From the NCBI GenBank assembly GCA_004764695.1, contig SMSO01000014.1, positions 305,648 to 369,647 on the forward strand: 64,000 nt of DNA, written 5' to 3'. Positions 11,601-22,500 of this stretch are shown one piece after another (position 1 is the stretch's first letter; each line of letters starts with the position of its first letter). Origin of the DNA: Schizochytrium sp. TIO01. Lineage: Eukaryota; Protista; Bigyra: Labyrinthulomycetes. The position numbers and the translations under genes are program-made. The notes under the pieces are model-generated. The model saw only the letters and a program-made list of their open reading frames with translations, ran no database searches and had not been told where the DNA came from.

Positions 11601-11935
11601 CTAAGATCTCGCGCGCCGAAGCAGAAGCAGCACGAGATGCCTGCCTCAAATCACTTAAAGAGCGTCTCTTGGAGCGCGCAAACATTATCCAGTGCCGTCT
11701 AGACGAAGAAAACGCTCAGCTTGCCAAACGCCAAGCTGCCTTCCAGCGGTCCCGTGACCATGTTGACGGGGCTGACGTTGAATTTGAGCGCTTTTGTTCG
11801 GAGGCCATGTTCCGCATTCAAATTTTGGAACAACGCCTTGCTCGCCATGAAGAATCGGCGCTCTCCGTGTATGCAAATCTTGATCAAAAGTTACGAAGTG
11901 ACCCTCGCCTTGGCATTCTCTTCAAATCAAACTAA
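8672..11935 (+). CDS. DRC7: Dynein regulatory complex subunit 7 (CCDC135/FAP50)
   Basis: SYRTNSRKEELCLEYVNNFVRQF, PKNECGVRKFVCTTIRPTQLP, GDSFDLAALLCSYLIGSGYDAYCVYG, HCWILI, FFLEPTTG, YLGVEAVWNNKNYWVNMQ, LDLPPSWV, DYLTPFL and FRIQILEQRLARHE. First ATG is at 8672; the ORF track starts at a GTG at 8639. Confidence 0.95.
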   Translation: MSDDHSEMERRASQELEARGSGKSDQVMLRNSRGDAETKEGKEYESTDGGDNDDGEGGHLDDLEEPEESLRDRFLKEQEYTYEGLFSTKADRLELINPEDLDLSYRTNSRKEELCLEYVNNFVRQFESLFPERKKLFVAPKNECGVRKFVCTTIRPTQLPFRSLYNLAAAGDFFAHYMQYEPLANPIAPPTHLPSPSYTLGQQVGDSFDLAALLCSYLIGSGYDAYCVYGYASRDVTLLNRTDEVCPLLRGKRFVSTEFDEITLEDLRPPQAQEPTESKEASENDPSTTTAAGESTGEVIIGEENPQGGLSGDVDQGLTTDTAGFAGGEESKLGESETNLNMDESEVSAEGKTSDEALGETGDANGTTADEEKQGGINDEAAAATDAAMSTDDGAGAAATTGAGVASGDVSPEQAKSASIVVEDVDPYKVEASGLRKSKYLQRLEDEQRQIQEAKEASEAGNQYNEEEEEERQWLAKHRKIDADPIQGERMHCWILIRAGKRQMDKTFFLEPTTGKLYNLYGSPYLGVEAVWNNKNYWVNMQTDNEDDPMNISYNLEISQHWEYIFVDGLNQSKNSQSSPETDVEVDLNPEASLDAEEEKQAAEESKEEKEAILDLPPSWVGKLILAREGFRRKYNTTGQRTQLFLKSKLESYAEHLHPHGLVQRLVLFRDRARTMPLEVREYFANRRDKLYCRTRFPLQGRVVEEFAEGRSSGLKTIDEVVGKSRDVLFYKGARLDGLVQRYELMNDKIIERYENRDDHLESRSMRLAPLLDSHGNNGISGSVGGGEYKSSESGAASKHIMTLPRAHQGGDLSILKMKEVFSRNLDFDADEDICKRSFNLVDGTISVIFHYAKGRITRSSRVFYKDVSIPPRIELAATFAKPLRQREVDIELQTNLQAEKDCYQSIRDAERELQDVLSLRKREEANVILDKSIFDTARERAKQQIVKDTELKEEEAKNPLHVDYLTPFLQDIKDFSKISRAEAEAARDACLKSLKERLLERANIIQCRLDEENAQLAKRQAAFQRSRDHVDGADVEFERFCSEAMFRIQILEQRLARHEESALSVYANLDQKLRSDPRLGILFKSN

Positions 11936-12100
11936 GCACATTTTTCATTTCTGACTGGTTTCTTCTCTTGTACGTCAGACTAACCAGAAACAAGCAAAAC
12001 CAACAACTCCAGCGAAAAATCGGGAGTACATTTTGAGCAAACTCAAAGTAGGTAGGTCCATGAATAATCGTCATTGTCACAACTTTTAATTTTAATTTAT

Positions 12101-12124
12101 TAAAAAAAAAAAAAAAAAAAAAAA
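12101..12124 (+). repeat. Poly-A tract
   Basis: About 23 consecutive A downstream of the DRC7 stop. Confidence 0.9.
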
Positions 12125-15027
12125 CTGTGAAGAAAAGCTCCTTGTTTGTGTGATCTTTGCTCTAGAGGCATAAAAGACATATCTCACTTCCGAGACAGCA
12201 GTAGCAACAGTCACCCTCTTTATCCGTGTCCATCTGCATTGAACAGATTTCCGTTGGCGTCAAAGCTATCAGCGAACTTTTGAACGCTCTTGAGGCATTG
12301 CTGAGGCTGTACCTTGCATTCCGTCATTTTTTGCAATAAAATCCTTTCCTTAAATCAGAACATATGTGTTCTCACAAGCGATCAAACTACATACTAAGCC
12401 TGCCCTCGCTGCATTGCTGGATCTGTTGCCATTTCAGGTTGTCAAAATGCCGCAAACTGCGCGTTGCAATAATCTCACTGAGTGCATCGCTTTTTCCATT
12501 CTCACGGCGGTCTTTCCCAAACGCCTTCCTGCCTGCCAAATGGTCTACCTTGAACTTTACATTCTACCCCTGAAACAATTCTAGCGGGCTGCCTTCATGT
12601 CGCAGACGCTCTGCAAGAAATGCGTTGGTCTCGATCCACGCGCCGTGTACTGTAGCCATTACTAGAACTGCTGGCTGTGCAGCGGCCACTGGTCTCACCA
12701 GATTGCTCAGCTTCGCTTGTCCACCCCCAGGCAGCTAGCTAGCCAGCCAGCAATTCCTCGCAGCCCCAGTTCATCGAAACCCAGCTAGCACCCTCGCTGC
12801 CGTGGGGGCCTTGTGCAAGTATGTTTGACCAGAGGCCCTTTTAGCACTGGGTGGACTCATGACACTCTCTTTTCATGAAAGCGCCACTTGCTTGCTGTGT
12901 CTCGAGCAAAAACTTTTGTCTCCATACTGGATCTGCGCGATGACGGTCTTAAGCGACCCAGTGCAATTTAGTTCAATTTCTTTTTGCTCTCCATCTTGAA
13001 AATATTATTTAAAAAATCTACATTACTCGATACCATCAGCGTTGGGTCTGCAAGACAATCCATCGTTCCAGCGGCAGTGTGGCCGAAACCTACAGAAGAA
13101 GGATATATGCTCTGCCGCACTCTGTTCTTTGTTTTTTTCGTCGCTGCAGAAGCATGCAGAAGCATGCAGATATTTTGTCTACCTGCGCTGCCTCTGGCAC
13201 AACAATAGGAACAGCTATGCTAGAGCCTCTTTTTCGCCCCGAATACAAATATCTTTCGTTTGGATACTATTACCTATGGTTTCTCCTGTGATACAATCAA
13301 GCGATTGCTCTTATCGATTACCGTGAAATCGCCATGGAACACGAGGATTCCTTTCTTCTCCCAGGCTTTCTTTCTTCTTGGTTTGTTTCATCTCAAGCTA
13401 GCTAGAGAAGCAAAAAATGATTCTGTTTCGAATCCCCAAATCGAGTGGCTCGAGCAAAGCGTTAATTCTGCGAGCAAGCCTGGAGTGGAGGATCGCCTTC
13501 CTGGCAGCTGTCGTGAAGACGTGCCAGGCAGCAGTTTATTTAGTTGAGCCCTCTTTGATGAACATAGATAGATAGATAGAGAGATAGATACCTGCTGGGC
13601 TTGAGAGGGAGGCGGCCGAAACTGCGCATATTTAGCCTTTCTCTTTCTTTTCTTTTCTTTTTTGGTCTCTTTTTTTCATTCGAGTTAATTTTTTCAGCTT
13701 GAGTCACTTTTACAACTTGAAGGCTTAAAGAAGGAAAGAAGAACACCAACCAAACCTGCCTAACTCTTCCAATCCAACGTGATGCGTATATCATCGGGTG
13801 GTTTCGTGCTCCCCTGCAAATTTGTTCTGACTTGATTCTTCACTACTTTCCGTGAAACGTGACAATCAAGTCGTCGTGGCACGGGTCCAACGTGTGGTTT
13901 TTCAAGCCACACACAGTACCTATTCCTTTCTTGTGAGGACCCGATCTTGCCGCCCAAAAGTAAACAATACGTGTGGGGCACAATAGCTCTGTAGTTATAG
14001 AATAGCTCCGGGAGACATTTTCAATACGATTCTTTCCTTTTCACGACCCTTTGCTTTCATATGAGGTAGTTTCATTGACAGGCAGATCAATGTGTAGCTA
14101 GCTAGCTTATCAGAACTTGGGTGAGAGTGAGCATCTCATAACAAGAACTTTGGTCCCACGCATAGATTAGTAGCTAAAAAGCGTGTTCCCCTCCTCATGA
14201 TTATCAAACAACCCAACAACGTTGCGCTATTTCACCTCGTGATTGCTTATTGTCGCAATGCTCGCCTTCTTTATAACATGTAGATCTCAATTCCTTGAAA
14301 GCTCCAGCGCCAGAGACGCAACGTATGCACTCTTTAGCCGAGGCCTTGAAGTGATGAACTCAAAAGACTATGACAGCAGCGGCACGACTACCATGCTAAA
14401 GCACGATTCACGCACTTGTGCGCTGGCTCATGGCATCGAACCCCAAATACAATCGCAATGAACTTTTGTTCAGAATTAGCTTTTTCTCTAGAGCTTTTAT
14501 CCTTCAGAGACAGTATTTATTTGCTGACATCAGCATCTCTTCCCAAGAAAAAAGAGACTTGAATTCTCAAGATTAAAAAAAGAAAAAAAAAAAGAAAAAA
14601 AAAAAAAAAAGAGAAGGAAACTCGATTAAACATGGGCCAGACAGAATCGCTGTCTCCAGCAAGCGCGTAGACGCAGGCCAAGCAAGAGCTCCGGGGCAGG
14701 AGGCAAACGCGCAGCAGACGCCACGCTCTTTCCGAGCCAGCCACGCCGTCTCCTTCCACCCGAGCAGGGTTCTCGATCGAGCTCTGCCGCTGCGAGTGCC
14801 CGAGCACGTTCTCTCCGTTCTAATCTCGGCGCTCGCATTACCCAACCGCAGTAGGGTAGTAGTCCAAGCGCCTAGTCCTACCCTACAGAATCCACTATCA
14901 ACAGAGAGAGATAAAAACACGGAAAAAGAAGGGCGTTTATGAATAGTAAAAGTAAGTTTTTAGTTTAACCTTGAGCTATAAGTTTTAACTCCAAGGTTCT
15001 GCGCTGGTCTCTTCTGCTGCCGGCGGG

Positions 15028-15071
<44 letters not shown>
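15028..15071. repeat. (GCAA)n microsatellite
   Basis: Near-perfect GCAA array. Confidence 0.9.
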
Positions 15072-15073
<2 letters not shown>

Positions 15074-15672
15074 CTGGAGGAGAGGAAACAGCCACAGGCA
15101 CCCGGGAAACCAGCGAGCCTGCTGTGCGACGAGGGACCGGCACCGCTTCGCGAAGGGCGGGCGCGAAGCATGAGTCGTGAAGCCGCAGTACGAAAGCCAA
15201 AGAAAGGGTTCTGCTAAAAAGAACGAAAGTGTGAGAAGGTGTCAGCAGAGAGAAACGATCAACAGAAGAGGAAAGAGCTAAGAGGGAGAAAGAGGGAAGA
15301 ACGAGAGAGGCGCAGAGAGAGGGGGGAGCTGTAGGAGGGGACCAAAGTGGCATGTCCTATGAAGAAGGAGGCAGAGGGGACAGATAGAAGAAAAGGCAAA
15401 TGAAAGACAGGCAGACAGCCAATCAGAAAGACCGAAAAGGAAAGGATCAACTGGCGTGCCGACTAATTGGCGGAGCTGCGCAAGAGCTCGGCACCGACTC
15501 TGGAAATTACGATCGCATCCTCTTGCTACGAGTTTACGCAGCTTCGAACGCGCCCTTCTTCAGGCTCGAGCGGTCTTCACTCAGATATCGCGCAATGGTA
15601 GATGCCTCCTAATGCTAGGACCACTAGCTACTACTCTAGTGGCTCACAGCATTACTTTTAATTTTAATATTA

Positions 15673-15703
15673 ATATATATATATATATATAAATATATAT
15701 ATA
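15673..15703. repeat. (TA)n microsatellite in an AT-rich tract
   Basis: Interrupted TA array. Confidence 0.85.
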
Positions 15704-15899
15704 TTTATTTATTTTTAAACAAAATAAAAACTTTTCAAAAAACGCATACTAAGTGGAAGACCGCCACGAGCTTACAGGAGCAAAGGAACCCGAACCCGGA
15801 GGGCATCTCGGCGCCTCAAGCTTGAGCCCCGGGATCGCCTGGCGCCCGCCACGGGGCCCTCCCTCTGCCGCCAGACGTCCCGCGCCTGCATATCGATGG

Positions 15900-15933
<34 letters not shown>
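15900..15933. repeat. (GCCA)n microsatellite
   Basis: About 8 copies of GCCA. Confidence 0.9.
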
Positions 15934-15936
<3 letters not shown>

Positions 15937-16005
15937 CATCCGGCTCAGGTCCCAAGCAAATGATACCAGCGAGCCCTTGCTCCGCTGTAACGCCCCTTTG
16001 AGGCG

Positions 16006-16040
<35 letters not shown>

Positions 16041-16128
16041 TGTTAAAGTTTCTTCTTTGTTAAAGTTTCTTCTTTGTTAAAGTTTCTTCTTTGTTAAAGT
16101 TTCTTCTTTGTTAAAGTTTCTTCTTTGT
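16006..16128. repeat. (CTTT)n microsatellite followed by a 17-bp minisatellite CTTTGTTAAAGTTTCTT x5 plus a partial copy
   Basis: Five exact 17-bp units at 16038-16122 plus CTTTGT, with no spacers. Confidence 0.95.
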
Positions 16129-16397
16129 CCTTTCTCAACTGTGCCAAATACAACTTTAAATAGCGCAAATCGGGATACAGTAGGTTATAGCCACTTTGAA
16201 GTAGGTTATATCTGCATCTGAAGTAGACTTTCCGCCTCGACCCACTGACCGACCGTCCGCCGCCGAACGGGACTTGGGACCCGCGAGCTCCTGAAAGGGC
16301 CGCGCCACCCAGGCGCCTCAAGGCGAGGCCGCAGGCAGGCAGGCAGGCAGGCCGCGAGTGCATCCTTGGCAGGCAAATCCAGGCAGGGCTAGCTCGC

Positions 16398-16445
<48 letters not shown>
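16398..16445. repeat. (GCAG)n microsatellite
   Basis: About 12 copies of CAGG/GCAG; a shorter array lies at about 16331-16351. Confidence 0.9.
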
Positions 16446-17209
16446 CGGCCTCGAGGCCCAACTACAGAACTCGAATTGCTCTTCATTGGGGTTTTAGATT
16501 TGTTCAACTTGATTCTTTTTAGTTTAAAAGCTGAAGAAAAGAAAAGAAAAGAAAAAGAAAGCTTTACAGAAAAGGAAGAAAACCAAACAACAGACGCTGA
16601 CACTACCAGTCGCTACTGGCGGCTAGCAGTCTCGTGGTAGTGCTGAGAGGGAAAGATAAAAGAAGGGAACTAAACTAACTAACTCTTCGAAGAACGAATG
16701 ATCGATCTTATGAAGGAAAGGCCAACCAAAGAAAGAGGCTCTCGCGATCGTGACCAAGTCCACGGCTCATCAGGACCGTGGCTCTTGAGCCATGAGGCTC
16801 GCTCGAGTCTCGAGTGCGACAGTGGCTGGACCTTGTCTTCCACAACGACGGGAGATGGAGTCGCTTCAAAGTGGTGCTTAGCTAATCGTGCAAAGGTCTT
16901 CTTCCTTCGAAGGAGTCACGAAGAAAGAGACAATCAAACAAACAACTTTCAGGGAAGAAAGAGAGAAAGAAAGAAAGAAAGAAAGAAAGAGGTAGCACTA
17001 CCTAGAGCTTCAGGTAGCACTGTTCATAATACTCAAGTCCTACTCACAACAACAGATACCTTAGCTAGCTAGGTATCTGTTTATCTGTTTATCTGTTTGT
17101 CTATCTATCTATTTATCTATCTATTTGTCTATCTGTAGCTACTTATCTCGTGTTAGTCGGTAAGTAGTGAAGCGAATATAGACTATAGGCAGGCAGACTC
17201 CTTCCTTCT

Positions 17210-17375
17210 GGGGCGGCTAGGCGTGCCGCGGCGGAGGGCTGCGGAGCGTCTCGCGAGCCCGCGGAGGGCCTGGCTGCCGTATGCGGCGGCCCCGTCGCGA
17301 GCCTTGTACTCCTTCACGCGCACCAACGTCTGCGCGGCTCCCTGCTCGCTCCCCGTGCTGATTGGCCGTCTTGGA
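17210..17375 (+). promoter_or_regulatory. GC-rich putative promoter island with a reverse CCAAT box
   Basis: CpG-rich block about 180-340 bp upstream of the ATG at 17555, with ATTGG at 17361-17365, followed by a CT-rich 5'UTR-like tract. Confidence 0.4.
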
Positions 17376-17554
17376 ATTAGGTCTTTCTTTCTTTCTTTAA
17401 GTGTCTCGTTTCTTCTTCTTTCTTCTTTCTTCTTCTCTTCTCTCTTCTTACGACGACTTTTGACTTTCGAGTTGGCGAAATTTAGTCTTTGGGTGCTCTG
17501 CTTTGAACTCCTGCAAGTCCTGCGCTTGCGGCCCGGGCAAACTGAAGCAACGCC

Positions 17555-19496
17555 ATGCCGCGAGGCGACTCCGACGCTGGTGCTGGGACCACGGCGGGAT
17601 CCTCCTCGTTGTCGTCGGTCCTGCTGCCAGCTCCGGCGGAGGACGCCAAGGTGGCTGCTGCTCCTACTCCTTTTTCATCATCTTCTTCTTCCCCTGCTGC
17701 AGCTCCTGCTGCTGCCTCAACCTCCTCGCCAGTTCCGGCAACGCCTTCTCCGCCCCGAACGAGGTCTCCGCTGGCGTCAGCAGTGGCGCCTTCCCCGGTG
17801 GACGTTGCTGCCGCTACGAGGCCCAAGGCCACCGTCGTGGGTATTACGGCGCCGACCAAGGACGATTGGAGCCATGAGTTTGACTTTCCAAGCCCCGGCG
17901 ACGACGACCTCCTTATCCTCGATGCTCATGCCCACATGACATTGGCAGGACCCTGCGTGAGCCCTGGAGCAAGTCCTGTCAGCGCAACTGCAAGCTCGAG
18001 CTCAAGCTCGAACGCAAACGCAAACGCGAACTCCAAATCAACGTCGACGTCGAATTCAAACCCAAACTCAAGTTCAAATGCGGAACCCAATGCAAATTCA
18101 AATTCAAACTACAATTCTAAGTTGAGGAACTCAAATGCAAACTCAAACACCAGCTCCAACCCGCAGGCGCGGGCTCCGGCAAGCTCGATCAGTTCTACTT
18201 CTGCGGCCTCATGCGACGATCTGGATGATCTCGCTGCGCGGAGGCATGCAGCGCTCTTTGGTCTGCAGCCACGCACGCACTCGCGTCGAATTGTTCGCAG
18301 TCTGGACTGGGCCAAAATTCACAGCATTCATCAGGCACAATTCCCCCGGGCCTCTAACTCGAACGGAGGCAGCAGCGGGCTACGACATCGCGAGAACGCG
18401 GACCATGCACTGGCGGCAGCACTCACTGCTCAGGAGGAGGCCTATATTGGTGGTGGGGCCTCAGCCTCGCTCGATGCCGCCTCGATTGCACGTCTCAAGC
18501 GTCGTCAACGCCTCTCACTCGGTTCCAACCTCTCTCGGGGCAGCAACAACAATAACAATACACACCATCACATTGACGAGATCGATCTTGACGCGGATCT
18601 CGCGCAAATCCTCCTCTTAAGGCAGCAGCATAACCACCACCTCCACGCCAGATCAGCGTCAGCATCTGTTGCAAAGCCGACAAACTTGAGAACCTTGACA
18701 CTTAATCGTGCCTCGACTGCGGATCCAAAGATCGAAAATGGCGAGGAAGGACGCGGGACTGCCGGACCTGATCTCGGCGAAGACGGGGCACTCGGGAAAA
18801 CAAAAGACGTTGACGATGGGGCACCAGACTCTGAAGAGGCCAAGACTCTCTCACCGGTCTCGGGGAATCACGTAGAAGCCCTGGCTGGCCTTGTAAAGAA
18901 TAGGTACCTTGAAACAGACAACATCAGGAGAAACGCGAACATAACGAATAACAGTAACGATAGAGATGACCTCGACTGCGGAATTATCAATAACACCATC
19001 GATAATATCCCCCTAGAGAAAAACGAAGTCAACCAAAGTGCAAGGAATGCGGCCTCGGAATTGCATTCCGAATTCCCAGCTGCCATGGAAAGCTTTGAAC
19101 TCGACCATCTTGATGATGAGATCGATAATGATGCGTGCATCCGCTTGAGCATTGGCGGGGAGAGCGATATTTTAAGTGCAAGCGACCTAAGGACAGAAGC
19201 TTGGGCACAAAGCCTGCCACCCCCACCTCCACCACCTGCCAGCGGAAGCTCTGGCGCGGAACATCTACTGAATCTTCGAGCGGATCACCTTGACCCAACT
19301 AGCTTTGACCATGAGGAGGACTCAACAACATCAAGCTTCATGCTGCGGCAAACTCTCTTGAAAACTCGAACCGAAATGGAAAACGCAAGCGATTACTCAC
19401 GTATTCTTAATATTCGCAACAGCAGCAACAACGCAGAGGGTAGTGACATAGAAGTTAATTCTGAAGATGAAAACGAGGATGGCGTTGCTGCCGCCA

Positions 19497-19530
<34 letters not shown>

Positions 19531-22500
19531 TATTAGTAGCAACGCAAGTAGCTTGAGCAGTGGAAGCGACTGGGACGCAGAATTAGCCATTGAGGCTGAG
19601 GAATCAACAGAAAGTATTGGCACTGCAGAGGGAGAAGGACTGGGGTCCACCACCCTTGGTGCTTTCCAAGAACACCTTGAGGGATTGCGAAATCTCGTCG
19701 GCAACAACAATGAGGACAAACGCGGGGCACAATTGCCTAGACGATGGCGGTTTACAACTCAGATTCGCGAAGAAAGCGCCACGCCAACAGTGCTGCGATA
19801 CCCCAAACCCACTGCTCTATACTCTCTACGTACACGCGAAGGAATGCGCTTTATGCAAGAAACTGCCTTAGAACAATGGCTTGCCCAGCTAGTAAGCAGC
19901 GACCAAGTCAAGGTTCGAGAGGCAGAGATTGAACAAACATCACAACTTGATGCAGACCCAAAACACGTGCGTAAACTCCTTGGGAAATCCGCGCCTGGAT
20001 CTCTTGAATGGAGTGAGACATACCTTTCTTTGGTATGGTCACTCTACTCAGCACGCAAGGATGGCATGTGTGCCGAAACTGCACTGCGCCTTTTCCGGAT
20101 GTTAGCTCCGTTTGCTAGCGAGAAAAGACGTCGCCTTCATAAAAAGGCGTTCTCCAACGTCGACAAACCACCCGATGCGACATCTGCAAAGCTCCTGCAG
20201 TACCATATTTTTGATAAAGCACCTTTTAGTGCTAATGACGCAGACTCACCAATCACCGCAGAAACACCTGAGCAACCCCTGTCCACGCGCTCAATTTCTC
20301 CTCCACCTACTATACCTATTGCCCTCGGCTATGGTGGCGGCACTAATTCCCATAGATCACGCAGCGTCGATGATCTTGAAAGCTCTCACTCTGGAAGCCC
20401 ACGCCGAAGCAGTCGTGAGCTCCCCCTTGCACCATGGGATGTTTTTTTGAAAACTATTCTTGGCACATTTCATTGGGGAACTCTGGCTCTTGCACGCTCA
20501 GGCATGGCACATGCAGCTGGAGATCTCAATCGCTCCCGTGGAACAAGTCGACAAGATGTGCCAGAGTGCATCTGGTCCATGGTCTCAGAGACCAAAAAAT
20601 GGGTATCTAGTCAGGTGCCCATGCAGCTACGCTACTTTGTTGATACCTATGTGATGCTACTCGAAGCCGAAGCTGCTGCACATCAGCTTGCCACTTGTGT
20701 TTTAGACTTTTCTCGGCGAGCATCCGGAGGTAGTGGTGGCGTGGCTAACAGTGCAACCTCTTCGTTAGGCCATGCTTCAAATCACTCTACTTCATCATCT
20801 GCTCTGTCTTCTAGTTCACGTTCTACTTCCCGCCATTTGCCTAAACATATGCACCGTGGAGGACGCCGAAGGGCTTCCAGAGATTCATGGGAGTCCCCGG
20901 AACCAGACTCACCCCAAACGTGGAAATTTGCGTATACTCCACCAGAGTCTAGCGCAGCCCCCTTCCTCTCCGCAGAAGGGCAACTCGCAGAGACGGTTCT
21001 CGCTCAACTTTGTAGCGCATATTTGCGTGCCTCGAGCTCAGAATACGATGATCGTAAAGACTTTGGTTGTTTCCCTCAAGCTGACCCCGTGTTGATTCAA
21101 GCAGCATGCCTGTGTGATATTCAGCTTCTTCTGTGCGGCATGTCTCCCCTCACCACAAGTGAAACTAACAAGCTGCAAGACGCGCTGGATCAGCTTCAGT
21201 TAGAGCTTGAAAAATGGATGACTAGCGATGCTGGTATCGAACGCGAGGTAATTGATATTGTAGGCACATGCGCAGAGGGTGCTGGTGCTGGGGCACAACA
21301 CCCTGATGATATTGGTATTAGTATGTGCATTGGTGTTGTACACAAATATCGCGAGGCTTCTGACCAACGCATGAACGAATGTGAACGATTGTGTAATGTC
21401 GACCCGCGCTATCGAATGGAACGTCTGTTGGCTTTATACCCTCGCATACCAGCGTATTCGCTGCTTAAAGCGAAAGCAGCTTACATTCTGGCCATGTACA
21501 CTTGGGATGAGCAACGTAATTCTCAAACTGCCGAAGAGCTTTTGTTTGAATGCCTCTTTGTACTTGAAATGCAAGCGAACGATCTGCCGCAGTGCGAAGG
21601 GGCACCTCTCCTAAGTGAGCTTGCAACCAATGCCATGGTCCTCTATGGAGATATTCTTGTAGAAAATGGAAAATACAAGTACGCAATCGGAGCATACGAG
21701 TCTGCTGCGCGCTCTTATCGCATTCGTGAGCATGCTGACTTTCAATGGCTTAATCGCCGTCTTTGTAGTATATGTGTAGAGCACATGGACTGGGATCGTG
21801 CACTCAAATATCACTTGGAGATTCTGCACACAACAAAACTTGAAACAAACCTAAACGAGTTTGTTTATGTCTCAGAACGTGTGGCCATGATGCTTTTAGA
21901 CCAACGTGCAGATTTTGCACAGGCTGAGTCTTATCTCAAGCTTGCCCTTTCCTATCTGGGTACTCGTCGGTCATCATCTATGGACGATTCTTACTACCCT
22001 ACCCTCCATGACAACTTAACCCACTCACCTGCTACTGGACACTCTTCATCTGATGCTCACCATCGCTCTCTTCGTGTTAAACTTCAGCAAAGGCTCGCGC
22101 ATGTGCTTTTGGCCGCAAATCGTCCAGAGGATGCCGCGCGCCTTTTGGAGCGCGTCTTGGCTACACTTGGGCCTAGTTCAGGGCATACTGGAATTGCTGA
22201 GGTATCACCGTACTTGGGTTGGCCTAGTCTCAACCCTTCTTCAGGCCGGGATCACCCTCTCCACGATGCCTCTAGCGCGGAACATCTGCAGAGCAGTACC
22301 TCACGACTCACTGTGCTTCTTTCTTTGGCAAAATGCTGTCTCAAACTTCGTTGGCTTGCTGATTGTACAATGGCTCTTGATCAACTCGCACAGGAAGTTT
22401 CTCACGGCCGCTGGTGTGATCCATCGTATGCAACATTACACGCTGTGGGTCTACAAAAGGCTGCTATTGGCTCTTTTCCTCGCCCTCAGCCCTCGGATGG

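Noticed and set aside
12360-12590. Fragments LSKCRKLR / RCNNLTE resembling Cys-containing LRRs
   Set aside because: They are in different frames, very short and show no repeat periodicity.
13420-13450. GTTTCGAATCCC, T-loop-like (also CTTCGAATCC at about 38531)
   Set aside because: No cloverleaf stems or D-arm could be formed, so not a tRNA.
16038-16128. 17-bp repeats (and the 16-bp repeats at 57383-57471) as a CRISPR array or telomere
   Set aside because: Direct tandem units with no spacers, no cas genes and a eukaryotic context; internal position and no telomere-like G-rich unit.
14500-17100. Many 60-170-aa ORFs
   Set aside because: They translate microsatellites (LACL, PACL, WLAG, poly-F) and are not credible proteins.
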